A DNA stretch of 63,981 bases, filler included, from Caldilineae bacterium (GTDB lineage: Bacteria > Chloroflexota > Anaerolineae > DTLA01), in NCBI GenBank assembly GCA_037446815.1. It is 6 parts of 6 records of this genome, joined end to end, with 100 filler letters (N's around TTAATTAATTAA, not from the genome) between each part and the next. Parts side by side here need not be neighbours in the genome. Positions count along the whole stretch, not along the records: positions 11,366 to 22,498 come from JBBIHX010000092.1; 5 more parts are not named here. One strand, given 5' to 3'. The position numbers and the translations under genes are program-made. Position 1 is the stretch's first letter, and each line of letters starts with the position of its first letter. This document shows, one piece after another, positions 11,400-20,497 of the stretch. The notes beneath the pieces were generated by a model. The model was not told the origin of the DNA. It made no database searches and saw nothing but the letters and a program-made list of their open reading frames with translations.

Positions 11400-11464
11400 C
11401 ACCGCAAAGACACAGAGGGCGCAGAGTTTAGACTATTCTCAGCGTTCTCTGTATCTCCGCGGTG
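11400..11464. repeat. palindromic intergenic element
   Basis: CACCGCAAAGACACAGAG pairs with CTCTGTATCTCCGCGGTG. Confidence 0.55.
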
Positions 11465-11567
11465 AGCAAAGCGGCCGCAAGATCGACCAAAACGCAAACG
11501 TGCAGACATCGCGCTGCATCTCGCCGCCGAGACCGTGGCGGCGCAACCTTGCCCAGGAGGTTCACCG

Positions 11568-12293
11568 TTGTTCCCCAACCCATCCAACGCCTGGCGTGAG
11601 ATTCTGGAGCGCATCTTTGAGGGATTCCAGGGCCAGGAGAACGTTACGCCGGAGTGGCTTGTCAATCCCGAGACGGGCCGCCGCCTGAAGTTGGATCGCT
11701 ACTATCCCGAAGCCGGCATCGCGTTTCGCTTCATCGGCAGCACGGGCAAACGGAAAGCGCCGGTCTCGGAGCAGGAACTGGCCGAGGAGGCGCGCCGCGA
11801 TGCCATCCGCGATAAGTTGTGCCAACAGGCCGGCGTCCACCTGGTTACCATTGACCTATACGAGGGCGAGCCGCCCAAGGTGCTGGAGGAGATTCGCACG
11901 GCGCTCAGTCGCGCGGCGCGGCAACTGGCCCAGGGCGACCGCCCCCAGCGCGTCAAGACCGACCTGACGCAGCGCCTGGCGCGGGCGCGGCAGGCGTGCG
12001 ATCGCCTTGCGCCGCGCGTGCGCTCCTACGATGACCTGACGCTCTACGCCCAACTGTGGGAGGATCGGCAGTACATGCGACGGGACGAGCCGACCACGAG
12101 CGCGCCGCCCGCGCCGGTGAAAAACCCGTTTGCGGCGGGCATGCGCGTGGAGCACGAGCGATTCGGGACGGGCCGCGTGCTGGACGTGCGCGAGGATTCG
12201 GCGGGCAGCACGGTGAAGGTGCAGTTTGACGACGGCGCCGAGCGGACATTCTTGCTGCACCTGGTCGTGGACAAGATGAAGCCCCGCAAGTGA
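11568..12293 (+). CDS. Vsr/DUF559-like restriction-fold domain fused to a C-terminal PcrA/UvrD-type Tudor domain
   Basis: WLVNPETGRRLKLDRYYPEAGIAF...RDAIRDKLC...GVHLVTI; C-terminal GMRVEHERFGTGRV...VQFDDG; TTG after AGGAGG. Confidence 0.65.
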   Translation: MFPNPSNAWREILERIFEGFQGQENVTPEWLVNPETGRRLKLDRYYPEAGIAFRFIGSTGKRKAPVSEQELAEEARRDAIRDKLCQQAGVHLVTIDLYEGEPPKVLEEIRTALSRAARQLAQGDRPQRVKTDLTQRLARARQACDRLAPRVRSYDDLTLYAQLWEDRQYMRRDEPTTSAPPAPVKNPFAAGMRVEHERFGTGRVLDVREDSAGSTVKVQFDDGAERTFLLHLVVDKMKPRK

Positions 12294-12313
12294 GGGAGCG
12301 GGCCAGGAGCGTT

Positions 12314-14860
12314 ATGAGCCTCAAGGGCGTCGCGGCGTTGCTGGAGGAACTGCAACACGCGCCGGAATTCGCGCGGAACGTTACGGCGTGGAGACGGCAG
12401 GAGGTGTCTCCCGCGCGCCTGCGCCCATTCCCTGCCGACGCCCACGCGGATTTGGTCGCCGCGCTCCGATCCAGGGAGATTGACGCCCTGTACACGCACC
12501 AGGAGGCGGCGTGGCGGGCGGCCAAGGAAGGCCGGCATGTGGCCGTTGTTACCCCCACGGCGTCGGGCAAGACGCTATGCTACAACCTGCCGGTTCTGGA
12601 TGCCTTGCTGCGCGACCCCCGCGCTCGCGCGCTGTACCTGTTCCCCACCAAGGCGCTGTCGCAGGATCAACTGGCGGAACTGCGGGATTTGGCGTCGCGG
12701 GTATCGGCGGGCATCGCCCCGTCGGTCTACGATGGCGACACGCCCGCCAGCGCCAGGACAACCATACGCCGCACGGCGCGCCTTGTCATCACCAACCCCG
12801 ACATGCTCCACCAGGGCATTTTGCCCCACCACACCAACTGGCTGAGTCTCTTCCAGAACCTGCGTTTCGTCGTCCTGGACGAGATTCACACCTACCGCGG
12901 CGTCTTCGGGAGCCACGTCGCCAACGTGTTGCGGCGGCTGAAGCGGGTGTGCGCCTTCTACGGGGCGTCGCCCCAATTCATCTGCTGCTCCGCCACCATC
13001 GGCAACCCGCTGGAACTGGCGCGGAAACTGGTGGAGGAGGACGTCACCCTGGTGGACGATGACGGCTCCCCGAAGGGGGAGAAGCACCTGGTGTTCTACA
13101 ACCCGCCGCTGTTGGACGCTGCGACGGGCCTGCGCCGAGGCGCGCTGCTGGAGGCGCTGTCGCTGGCGGCGCGCGCGGTGGAACTGGACGTGCAGACCAT
13201 CGCCTTCGCCCGCTCGCGCCAGTCGGCGGAGGTGCTGCTGACGTACCTGCGGGACACGCTCCGCAAGCGCAACCTCAACGCCGACGCCGTCCATGGCTAT
13301 CGCGGCGGGTATCTCCCCACGGAGCGGCGGCAGATAGAGAAGGCGCTGCGAGAGGGCGCGGCGCGGGCCGTCGTGTCCACCAACGCCCTGGAACTGGGCA
13401 TTGACATCGGCAATCTGGACGCCTGCATTATGGCGGGCTATCCGGGCACCATTGCCAGCACCTGGCAACAGGCGGGGCGCGCCGGGCGGCGGAGCGGCAC
13501 GTCGGTGGCCGTGCTCGTCGCCAGCGCCGACCCGCTGGATCAGTACATCGTGCGCCACCCCGACTACTTCTTCGGCCGCTCGCCCGAACACGCGCTGATT
13601 CACCCCGACAACCCGCGCATCCTGGAGAGCCACGTGCGGTGCGCCGCGTTTGAACTCCCCTTCCGCGACGGCGAGATGCTGGGAGCCGCGGCGGCCACGC
13701 CGGACATCCTCGCGCGCCTGGAACAGGACGGCATCCTTCGCCACGCCGCGGGGACGTGGTACTGGATGAGCGAGTCGTACCCGGCGGATGGCCTGTCGCT
13801 GCGCGTCGCCGATGCCGACGCCTTCACGATAGAGTGCCCGGATGACGAGGGGCGGCCGCGGGCCATCGGAGTCCTGGATCGCGCGTCGGCGCCCAAGTTC
13901 CTGTATCCAGACGCCATCTACATGCACGAGGGGCGGCAGTACCTGGTGGAAAGCGTGCAATGGGACGAGGGGCGCGCCTCCGTGCGGCCCGTGCAGGCGG
14001 ACTACTACACCGACGCCCTGGGCACGAGCGATGTGGCCGTCCTGCGCGTGGCCACGGAGGACGCCTCGGCGGCGCGCGCGTGGGGCGATGTGCGCGTTAC
14101 CCGTCGCGTTACCGGCTACCGCAAGGTCAAGTTGTACACCCACGAGACGCTGGGCTGGGGCGACGTTGTCTCGCCCGACCAGGTCATGGACACCACCGCC
14201 TACTGGCTGACCGTGCCCGACACCGTGGTGGATGCGCTGCGGGCAGCGGGCGCGTGGGATGTGGCCCCCATCGCCGACTACGGCCCCAACTGGGAGGCCC
14301 AGCGCGAACTCGCCCGCCAGCGCGACGGCTACCGCTGCCGATTGTGCGGCGCGCCCGAGAAGCCAGGCCGCCAGCACGACGTTCACCATCTCGTCCCCTT
14401 CCGCGAGTTCGGCTACGTGCCAGGCCAGAACGACCGCTACCTTCAGGCCAACGAGTTGGGGAATCTCATCACCGTTTGCCACAACTGCCACACCCGAATT
14501 GAGACCTCCAAGGCGGCCGAGAGCGGCCTACACGGGCTGGCCCACGTCCTCGTACACCTGGCCCCCCTGTTCCTCATGGCGTCGCCGCAGGATTTGGGCG
14601 TGAGCGCGTCGGTGCAGGCGCCGGGCACGCGCAGGCCCACAATTTACCTGTACGATGAGTTCCCGGGGGGCGTGGGGTTCGCCGAGCGGCTGTACGAGTT
14701 GCACCGCGACCTGCTGCGCGCGGCGGAGGAACTCATCGTCGGTTGCCCGTGCGCGGACGGCTGCCCGTCGTGCGTGGGGCCGGTGGACGACCCCGACGCC
14801 CAGACGAAGGCGCACACGCTCCTGCTGGTGCGGGAGATGCTGCGGCTGGGCGCGAGTTGA
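12314..14860 (+). CDS. DEAH-box helicase of the MrfA/YprA/Hrq1/SftH family with DUF1998 and an inserted HNH domain
   Basis: PTASGKT, FPTKAL, DEIH, SAT, TNALELGIDIG, QQAGRAGR, CPCADGCPSC; HNH motif at about 14291-14503. Confidence 0.9.
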   Translation: MSLKGVAALLEELQHAPEFARNVTAWRRQEVSPARLRPFPADAHADLVAALRSREIDALYTHQEAAWRAAKEGRHVAVVTPTASGKTLCYNLPVLDALLRDPRARALYLFPTKALSQDQLAELRDLASRVSAGIAPSVYDGDTPASARTTIRRTARLVITNPDMLHQGILPHHTNWLSLFQNLRFVVLDEIHTYRGVFGSHVANVLRRLKRVCAFYGASPQFICCSATIGNPLELARKLVEEDVTLVDDDGSPKGEKHLVFYNPPLLDAATGLRRGALLEALSLAARAVELDVQTIAFARSRQSAEVLLTYLRDTLRKRNLNADAVHGYRGGYLPTERRQIEKALREGAARAVVSTNALELGIDIGNLDACIMAGYPGTIASTWQQAGRAGRRSGTSVAVLVASADPLDQYIVRHPDYFFGRSPEHALIHPDNPRILESHVRCAAFELPFRDGEMLGAAAATPDILARLEQDGILRHAAGTWYWMSESYPADGLSLRVADADAFTIECPDDEGRPRAIGVLDRASAPKFLYPDAIYMHEGRQYLVESVQWDEGRASVRPVQADYYTDALGTSDVAVLRVATEDASAARAWGDVRVTRRVTGYRKVKLYTHETLGWGDVVSPDQVMDTTAYWLTVPDTVVDALRAAGAWDVAPIADYGPNWEAQRELARQRDGYRCRLCGAPEKPGRQHDVHHLVPFREFGYVPGQNDRYLQANELGNLITVCHNCHTRIETSKAAESGLHGLAHVLVHLAPLFLMASPQDLGVSASVQAPGTRRPTIYLYDEFPGGVGFAERLYELHRDLLRAAEELIVGCPCADGCPSCVGPVDDPDAQTKAHTLLLVREMLRLGAS

Positions 14861-14885
14861 ACAAACCGCCCTCTCGGAGTACAAT
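14857..14885 (+). promoter_or_regulatory. sigma70 promoter
   Basis: TTGAAC-N17-TACAAT. Confidence 0.5.
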
Positions 14886-14909
14886 AGCGGCGGGCCAAGA
14901 GGAGCGGAA

Positions 14910-15719
14910 TTGCCAACGCCGATTACCCATCTCGCTATCGCGCAGCGCATCCTGGGCGCTCGCCCCGAACTCGCACCCCAGGGCGATGAGGATGCCCTTG
15001 GGGCCTTCCTGCTCGGCAGCACGCTGGCGGATGTCCGCGTCGTAACGGGCGAGCCGCGCGCCGCCACGCATTTCCTTCGCCTGCCCCCGCAGCGCGGCGA
15101 TTCGGGCATTCGCGCCATGCTGGGAGCGCACCCGAGCCTCGCCGACCCGAACGGCGCTGACCCGTGCGCCCGCCTGATGGTGGCGGGATACCTGGCCCAC
15201 CTGCTGGCCGACGAAATCTGGCTTGTCCGCGTGTACTGGCCCTACTTCAAACAGGCGGCGGCCCGCCACGATATGGAAAGGCTTCTGTGGCACGACCTGC
15301 TGCGCTCGGTGGTGGATCAGCAGGACCGCGCCGCCGTTCCCCGCAGTTTTCGCCGTGTACTGGAGTCGGCCCGCTGTCCGAACCCGTTTCCGTTCATCTC
15401 ACGGGAGGCGCTGGATGCCTGGCGGGAGTTGCTCCTGCGCGAGTTGGAAGCGCCCGACTCATCGCCCACCTTCGCGCATTTTGCGTCGCGCTACCGGTTG
15501 CCGACGGAAGAGTTCGTGGCGCTGCTTCGCTCGCCGGACTACATGGCGCGCGTGCAGGGGCTGGTGCCCGACGGGACCGCGGCCCGATACCGCGAAGAGG
15601 CCGCGAGGATGGGCGGGGCGCTGGTGGGCGCCTACCTGGATGGACGGGTGGGAGAGTTTCCGCTCCCGCTGCTAGACCCGGAAAATCCCGAAGCGTATGC
15701 CATAACGGAGGAGGCGTGA
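14910..15719 (+). CDS. zinc-dependent phospholipase C family protein
   Basis: [28 protein letters not shown] motifs; TTG after GAGGAG. Confidence 0.7.
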   Translation: MPTPITHLAIAQRILGARPELAPQGDEDALGAFLLGSTLADVRVVTGEPRAATHFLRLPPQRGDSGIRAMLGAHPSLADPNGADPCARLMVAGYLAHLLADEIWLVRVYWPYFKQAAARHDMERLLWHDLLRSVVDQQDRAAVPRSFRRVLESARCPNPFPFISREALDAWRELLLRELEAPDSSPTFAHFASRYRLPTEEFVALLRSPDYMARVQGLVPDGTAARYREEAARMGGALVGAYLDGRVGEFPLPLLDPENPEAYAITEEA

Positions 15720-16696
15720 TGAGGGTTCTCGTTACCGGCGGCGCGGGCTACATCGGCAGCGTCGTCGCGGAGGAATTGCTGAAAGCGGGCGAAGAGGTCG
15801 TCGTCGTGGATAACCTGGCGCAGGGGCATCGCGCCGCCGTGCCGCCCGACGCCGAGTTTGAGGAAGGCGACCTGCGCGACCGCGCGTTCCTGGACCGCGT
15901 GTTCGCCGTCTACAGGCCCGACGCCGTGATGCACTTCGCGGCCAACAGCCTGGTGGGCGAGTCAATGGCCGAGCCGATGCGCTACTTCCGCAACAACGTG
16001 GGCGGCGGCATCGTCTTGCTTGACGCGATGATGGCGCACGGCGTCGGCAGATTCATCCTCTCGTCCACGGCGAACCTGTTTGCCGCGCCTCGGCGCATCC
16101 CCATCGCCGAGGATGAGCCCATCGTGCCGGGAAGCCCCTACGGCGAGACGAAGCACATCCTGGAGCGGATGCTGGCCTGGCTGGACACGACGCGCGGGCT
16201 TCGGTATGCCGCGCTGCGCTACTTCAACGCCGCGGGCGCTACCGATGAGCGCGGCGAGGATCACCGCCCCGAGACCCACCTGATTCCCATTGTCCTGCAG
16301 GTGGCGCTGGGCAAGCGCGACCACGTGCAGGTCTACGGCGCCGACTACCCGACGCGCGACGGCACCTGCGTGCGCGACTACATCCACGTGGTGGACCTGG
16401 CCCAGGCGCACATCCTGGCATTGCGGGCGCTGGACCGGGGCAGTTGCGTGTACAATCTGGGCAACGGGCGCGGGTTCACCGTGCTGGAGGTCATAGAGAC
16501 GGCGCGGCGGGTAACCGGCCACCCGATTCCGGCGGTCATCGGCCCTCGCCGGCCCGGCGATCCCGCAGAACTGGTGGCCGCGTCGGACAGAATCGCGCGG
16601 GAACTGGGCTGGAAGCCGCGCTTCCCGGATTTGGAGGCCATCATCCGCTCGGCATGGGAGTGGCATCGCCGACATCCGGATGGGTATGGGGACTGA
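15719..16696 (+). CDS. galE: UDP-glucose 4-epimerase
   Basis: [31 protein letters not shown]. Confidence 0.93.
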   Translation: MRVLVTGGAGYIGSVVAEELLKAGEEVVVVDNLAQGHRAAVPPDAEFEEGDLRDRAFLDRVFAVYRPDAVMHFAANSLVGESMAEPMRYFRNNVGGGIVLLDAMMAHGVGRFILSSTANLFAAPRRIPIAEDEPIVPGSPYGETKHILERMLAWLDTTRGLRYAALRYFNAAGATDERGEDHRPETHLIPIVLQVALGKRDHVQVYGADYPTRDGTCVRDYIHVVDLAQAHILALRALDRGSCVYNLGNGRGFTVLEVIETARRVTGHPIPAVIGPRRPGDPAELVAASDRIARELGWKPRFPDLEAIIRSAWEWHRRHPDGYGD

Positions 16697-16717
16697 GCAT
16701 CGCGGGGTGAGCGCAGG

Positions 16718-17815
16718 ATGAAAGTCGCCATCAATGCCTGGTTTGCGGACCAACCCGCCACGGGCAGCGGACAGTACACCGCCCGCCTGCTCGTGGCCTT
16801 GCGCGCCGCCGCGCCGGAATGGGAATTCGTCGCCGTGTCGCCCTCAGCCCCCTCGCTTGCCCGGCGCGTGCTGGGCGAGAACCTGTATAAGGTCGGGTTT
16901 GAGCAGTGGGGGTTTCCCCGCGCGGCGCGACGTGTGGGCGCGGATGTGGCGCACGTGCCGTACTGGGGCGGCCCGCTGCGCTGTGGCGTTCCGGTGGTGG
17001 TTACGATTCATGATTTGATTCCGCTCCTGCTGCCCGCGTATCGCGGCGATTGGCGGGTGCAGGCGTACATGCGGCTGGTGGCCGCTTCTGCGCGCCGCGC
17101 CGCCGTGGTGCTGACCGACTCGGAGGCGTCGCGCCGCGATATTCTGGAACACCTGCGGCTGGCCCCCGACCGGGTGCGAACGGTGTACCTTGCCGCGGAC
17201 GAGGCCTACCGCCCCCAGCTGCCCGATGCGGTGGACGCCGTTCGGCGGCGGTTGGGGTTGCCCCCGCGCTACGTCCTGTACTTCGGCGGGTTTGACGTGC
17301 GCAAGAACCTGCGGGCGGTGTTCGCCGCGTTTGCCGAGGCCGCGTCGCACGTGCCGGATGTGGGGTTGGTGGTCGCCGGTCGGCTCCCCGCGCGGGACAC
17401 GGCGTTTACTCCTGACCCGCGCCGCCTGGCCGATGAGGCGGGCGTCGCCGACCGGACGGTCTTCGTCGGCTGGGTGGATGAGGCCGACAAGCCCGCACTG
17501 TACGCGGGGGCCGAGGCGTTTCTGTTCCCGTCGCGGTACGAGGGGTTCGGCCTGCCGCCGCTGGAGGCCATGGCCTGCGGGACGCCGGTCATCGCCAGCC
17601 GCGCGGCCTCGCTGCCCGAAATCGTCGGCGACGGCGGCCTGCTGTACGATGCCGACGACGTGGCGGGGATGGCCGCGGGCCTTGCGGCCGTGCTCACCGA
17701 TGCGACAAGGCGCGCCGCCCTCGCGGAGAAGGCGTTGGCCCAGGCGAGACGGTTCTCCTGGGCGTGGACCGCCCAAGAGACGCTGCGCGCTTACGAAACT
17801 GCGCTGGGGAGGTGA
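16718..17815 (+). CDS. GT4 glycosyltransferase
   Basis: TIHDLIP, RKN, EGFGLPPLEAMACG. Confidence 0.9.
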   Translation: MKVAINAWFADQPATGSGQYTARLLVALRAAAPEWEFVAVSPSAPSLARRVLGENLYKVGFEQWGFPRAARRVGADVAHVPYWGGPLRCGVPVVVTIHDLIPLLLPAYRGDWRVQAYMRLVAASARRAAVVLTDSEASRRDILEHLRLAPDRVRTVYLAADEAYRPQLPDAVDAVRRRLGLPPRYVLYFGGFDVRKNLRAVFAAFAEAASHVPDVGLVVAGRLPARDTAFTPDPRRLADEAGVADRTVFVGWVDEADKPALYAGAEAFLFPSRYEGFGLPPLEAMACGTPVIASRAASLPEIVGDGGLLYDADDVAGMAAGLAAVLTDATRRAALAEKALAQARRFSWAWTAQETLRAYETALGR

Positions 17816-17819
17816 ATCC

Positions 17820-18521
17820 GTGCGCACACGCACCCCTGCTGCCCAAGCCATCCTGTTCGCCCTCGCCTTGCTTGCCATCGCATCCGCGTGCGGGGCAAGG
17901 CCCACGCCCACGCCGTCGCCCACGCCCACCGCGCCGGCCACGGCGACGCCAACCCCCGTGCCGCCGACACCCACGCCTTTTCGCACCCGAAGTCCCCTCA
18001 TGACGCCCGCGCCCGGGTTCACGCCCGCGCCCGTGCAATGCCAGTCCACGCCGCAGTGGGGACTGGGCGATGTGTGGAACCTGGTAAAGGACTCGGTGGG
18101 GTGTCCGCTGGGGCCGCAGGTGGCGTTCCCGGGGCAGGCGTGTTCGTTCCAGTCCGGCCTGATGATCTGGCGGGGTGACTTGCGGGTCCTGTACGTGCTG
18201 TACTACGCGGGCGAGCCGCGGCTTGAGGTCTACGCCGACACCTATGCGCCCGGCGAGGCCACGCCGATTCCGCTCCCCACGCCCACGAGGGCGCTGGGCC
18301 TGTTGGTATCGGAGCCGCCCGGCGCCTTCGGGAAACTCTGGCTGGAGGTGGGCGGCGTGCGCGAGCGATTGGGCTGGTGCGTGAGCGCCGATGCGTCCCA
18401 GGCCTGCCCCATCCGCGCGTTTGAGGGCATCGCGCAGGACTGCGAGCGTGGGACGCTCCTGTGGGACCGAGAGGTTGCCTTCGCCTTGTTCTTTGCGGAT
18501 ATGCGGTGGGAGATGTATTGA
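17820..18521 (+). CDS. hypothetical lipoprotein with Pro/Thr linker and Cys-containing domain
   Basis: Signal ...ASAC, PT repeats, GDVW...VGCP and FGKLW...LGW pseudo-repeats; GGAGGTGA RBS. Confidence 0.7.
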   Translation: MRTRTPAAQAILFALALLAIASACGARPTPTPSPTPTAPATATPTPVPPTPTPFRTRSPLMTPAPGFTPAPVQCQSTPQWGLGDVWNLVKDSVGCPLGPQVAFPGQACSFQSGLMIWRGDLRVLYVLYYAGEPRLEVYADTYAPGEATPIPLPTPTRALGLLVSEPPGAFGKLWLEVGGVRERLGWCVSADASQACPIRAFEGIAQDCERGTLLWDREVAFALFFADMRWEMY

Positions 18522-18542
18522 TTCACCCCGTTCGTTCGGAAG

Positions 18543-18570
18543 TTGACGGCGGCGCGTGTTTGCGTATACT
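18543..18570 (+). promoter_or_regulatory. sigma70 promoter upstream of the DUF4258 gene
   Basis: TTGACG-N16-TATACT. Confidence 0.6.
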
Positions 18571-18696
18571 TGCACGGAGAAGCCACAGGGGCGCTCCGAC
18601 AATCGGGCTGATGCCCTGCAAGTGGCCGATTACCCCCGAGTGGCGCGGGGCAGTGTGTGCTGCACGCTCCACCACGCAGGAGAGAAAAACAAGGAG

Positions 18697-19104
18697 GTCT
18701 GCAAACAGGGGCTGGCGGTCTACAGCGAAAGGACTGAATCTTGCGCACGAAACCAGAATATACAGCACATGCGTTGGTTCGTCTGGCTCAGCGTAACCTG
18801 TCCAAGGATGACTTGGGCTACGTTATGATGCACGGCCGGCGCACTCACAATGCAGGCGCGGTGGCCTACTTCCTGGGCAGAAGGGACATACCCAAAGAAG
18901 ACCTCGGGAAGGACAGTCGCCGTCGTCTGGAGGGGACTACCGTTATTCTGGACAATCGTGAAGAGGAGGTGCTAACGGTATACCGCAACAAGAATGCTCT
19001 CCGCAAATTCCGACGCAGGACGAAGTACAATCGCAAGAAAGCGGCATAGGTTGACCCCTCGGTAAAGTCGGTCATCCGCCATCCGCCAGCCCCTGTTTGC
19101 AGAC
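18697..19104. repeat. 22-bp perfect inverted repeats bounding a single gene
   Basis: GTCTGCAAACAGGGGCTGGCGG (18697-18718) and its reverse complement (19083-19104). Confidence 0.9.
18741..19049 (+). CDS. DUF4258-family small basic protein (putative RNase toxin)
   Basis: YTAHALVRLAQRNL...G...VLTVYR; lower GC than flanks; TTG after GAAAGGA. Confidence 0.7.
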   Translation: MRTKPEYTAHALVRLAQRNLSKDDLGYVMMHGRRTHNAGAVAYFLGRRDIPKEDLGKDSRRRLEGTTVILDNREEEVLTVYRNKNALRKFRRRTKYNRKKAA

Positions 19105-20466
19105 GTCCGAATGGGTGCGCACTCGCGCATTCCCCTCTCGCGCCGCCCGCACCGCCGCCTGGTACTCGTCCTCGGTGAGCGGGGCGCCGGGCGGGAACGA
19201 CAGAACGTGATTCTGCAGCAGCGGATCGGCATCCTCGGCGATGAGGCCCGCGCCCACCCACCGCGCCCACTCCACCGTGCCCTGAATCGGCGCGAACCGC
19301 GACACGTGCGCCGTGGCCCCCAGCGAGTGCACGAACGCGATGGTGTCCAGCACCTCGCGCAGCGTCTGCCCCATCAGCCCGGCCAGGATGTACGCGCCCA
19401 CCTGCCCGCCCGTGAACCCCGCCCGCTTGAGGTAGGCAACGGCCTGGGCGAACTCCTCGGGGCTGGTCTTGGGCCCTGTGGCCTGCAGCGTGGCCTCGGA
19501 TATGGTCTCCAGCCCGATGCGGATGGTCTCAAACCCCGCGCGCCTCATCTTGTGCGCCAGCGCCTCGGTCATCTCACGGGCGTGGATGCCGTTGGGCGTG
19601 TGGAACCGGCAGCGAATGCCGCGCGCCACCACCGCGTCAAGGATGCGCTCCAGGTGCTCCGCCGAATGCACCAGCAGCGCGTCGTCGTAGAAGGCGATGT
19701 CGGGGATACCCAAATCCTGCACGATGTGGACAATCTCCGCGACCACGTCGGCCTCCGGGCGCGAGGCGTACCCGCCCGGGTTCAGCAGGCGCGACGCGCA
19801 GTAGGTGCAGCGGTAGGGGCACCCGCGAGATGTGGTTATGGCGGCGAACCCCTGGTTGCGCCGAAGGGCATGGGCAGGATAGCGCGGCATGGGCGCGGGA
19901 TCGGGCGCGTCGGGCGGGTACAGGTTGAAGTCGCGCAGCAGCGCCGGCAGCGTTGCCTTCCAGTCCCCGGGCAGGACGTAGTCCGCGCCCGAATGCTCCC
20001 GCGCGTGCGACGCGCATAGGGTGGCGTAGATGCCGCCCAGGACGATGGGCACGCGGGGGAACTGCTGCCGAAGGAGCGCGATGGCGAAGTGCACGCCAGG
20101 GTACCAGTAGGTCATGCCCGACGTAACGAGGATGACGTCGGGGGGCGGGGTGGCGGCCAGGTGTCGGCGGACGGTCTCCAGGGGCAGGCCGTAGCGCCCA
20201 AATCGGCGCGGCACGTGGCGAACGCAGTCCGGCTTGGGGACCGGCGTCTTCAGGAGGTGCCCGCAGCCGTACCGATCCTCGCGGATTCGGAATGCGGCCA
20301 AGTCGGGGTGTCGGCGGTCCAGGCAGTCCAGAAGGGCTACGTCGTACCCGAGGCCCAGCAGATACGCGCCGATGTCCAGCAGGCCGATCGGCTCGCTCCA
20401 AAGGTTGTACGCGGCGAAGTCGTATATCCACGGGTTGACGAGCAAGGCGCGCTGGGAGCGTTTCAT
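19072..20466 (-). CDS. B12-binding domain radical SAM protein
   Basis: LLVNPWIYDF, PIGL, LGGIYA, SRGCPYRCTYC. Confidence 0.88.
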   Translation of the reverse strand: MKRSQRALLVNPWIYDFAAYNLWSEPIGLLDIGAYLLGLGYDVALLDCLDRRHPDLAAFRIREDRYGCGHLLKTPVPKPDCVRHVPRRFGRYGLPLETVRRHLAATPPPDVILVTSGMTYWYPGVHFAIALLRQQFPRVPIVLGGIYATLCASHAREHSGADYVLPGDWKATLPALLRDFNLYPPDAPDPAPMPRYPAHALRRNQGFAAITTSRGCPYRCTYCASRLLNPGGYASRPEADVVAEIVHIVQDLGIPDIAFYDDALLVHSAEHLERILDAVVARGIRCRFHTPNGIHAREMTEALAHKMRRAGFETIRIGLETISEATLQATGPKTSPEEFAQAVAYLKRAGFTGGQVGAYILAGLMGQTLREVLDTIAFVHSLGATAHVSRFAPIQGTVEWARWVGAGLIAEDADPLLQNHVLSFPPGAPLTEDEYQAAVRAAREGNARVRTHSDVCKQGLADGG

Positions 20467-20497
20467 GCGAACCCTCCGCGCGGATGCGCCACGTCTC

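Noticed and set aside
14291..14503. Intein carrying a homing endonuclease
   Set aside because: Insert is too short and lacks intein N- and C-terminal splice blocks
18588..18674. tRNA-Ala or tmRNA gene
   Set aside because: Acceptor-like stem and CCA present, but no TTC T-loop or proper D and anticodon arms
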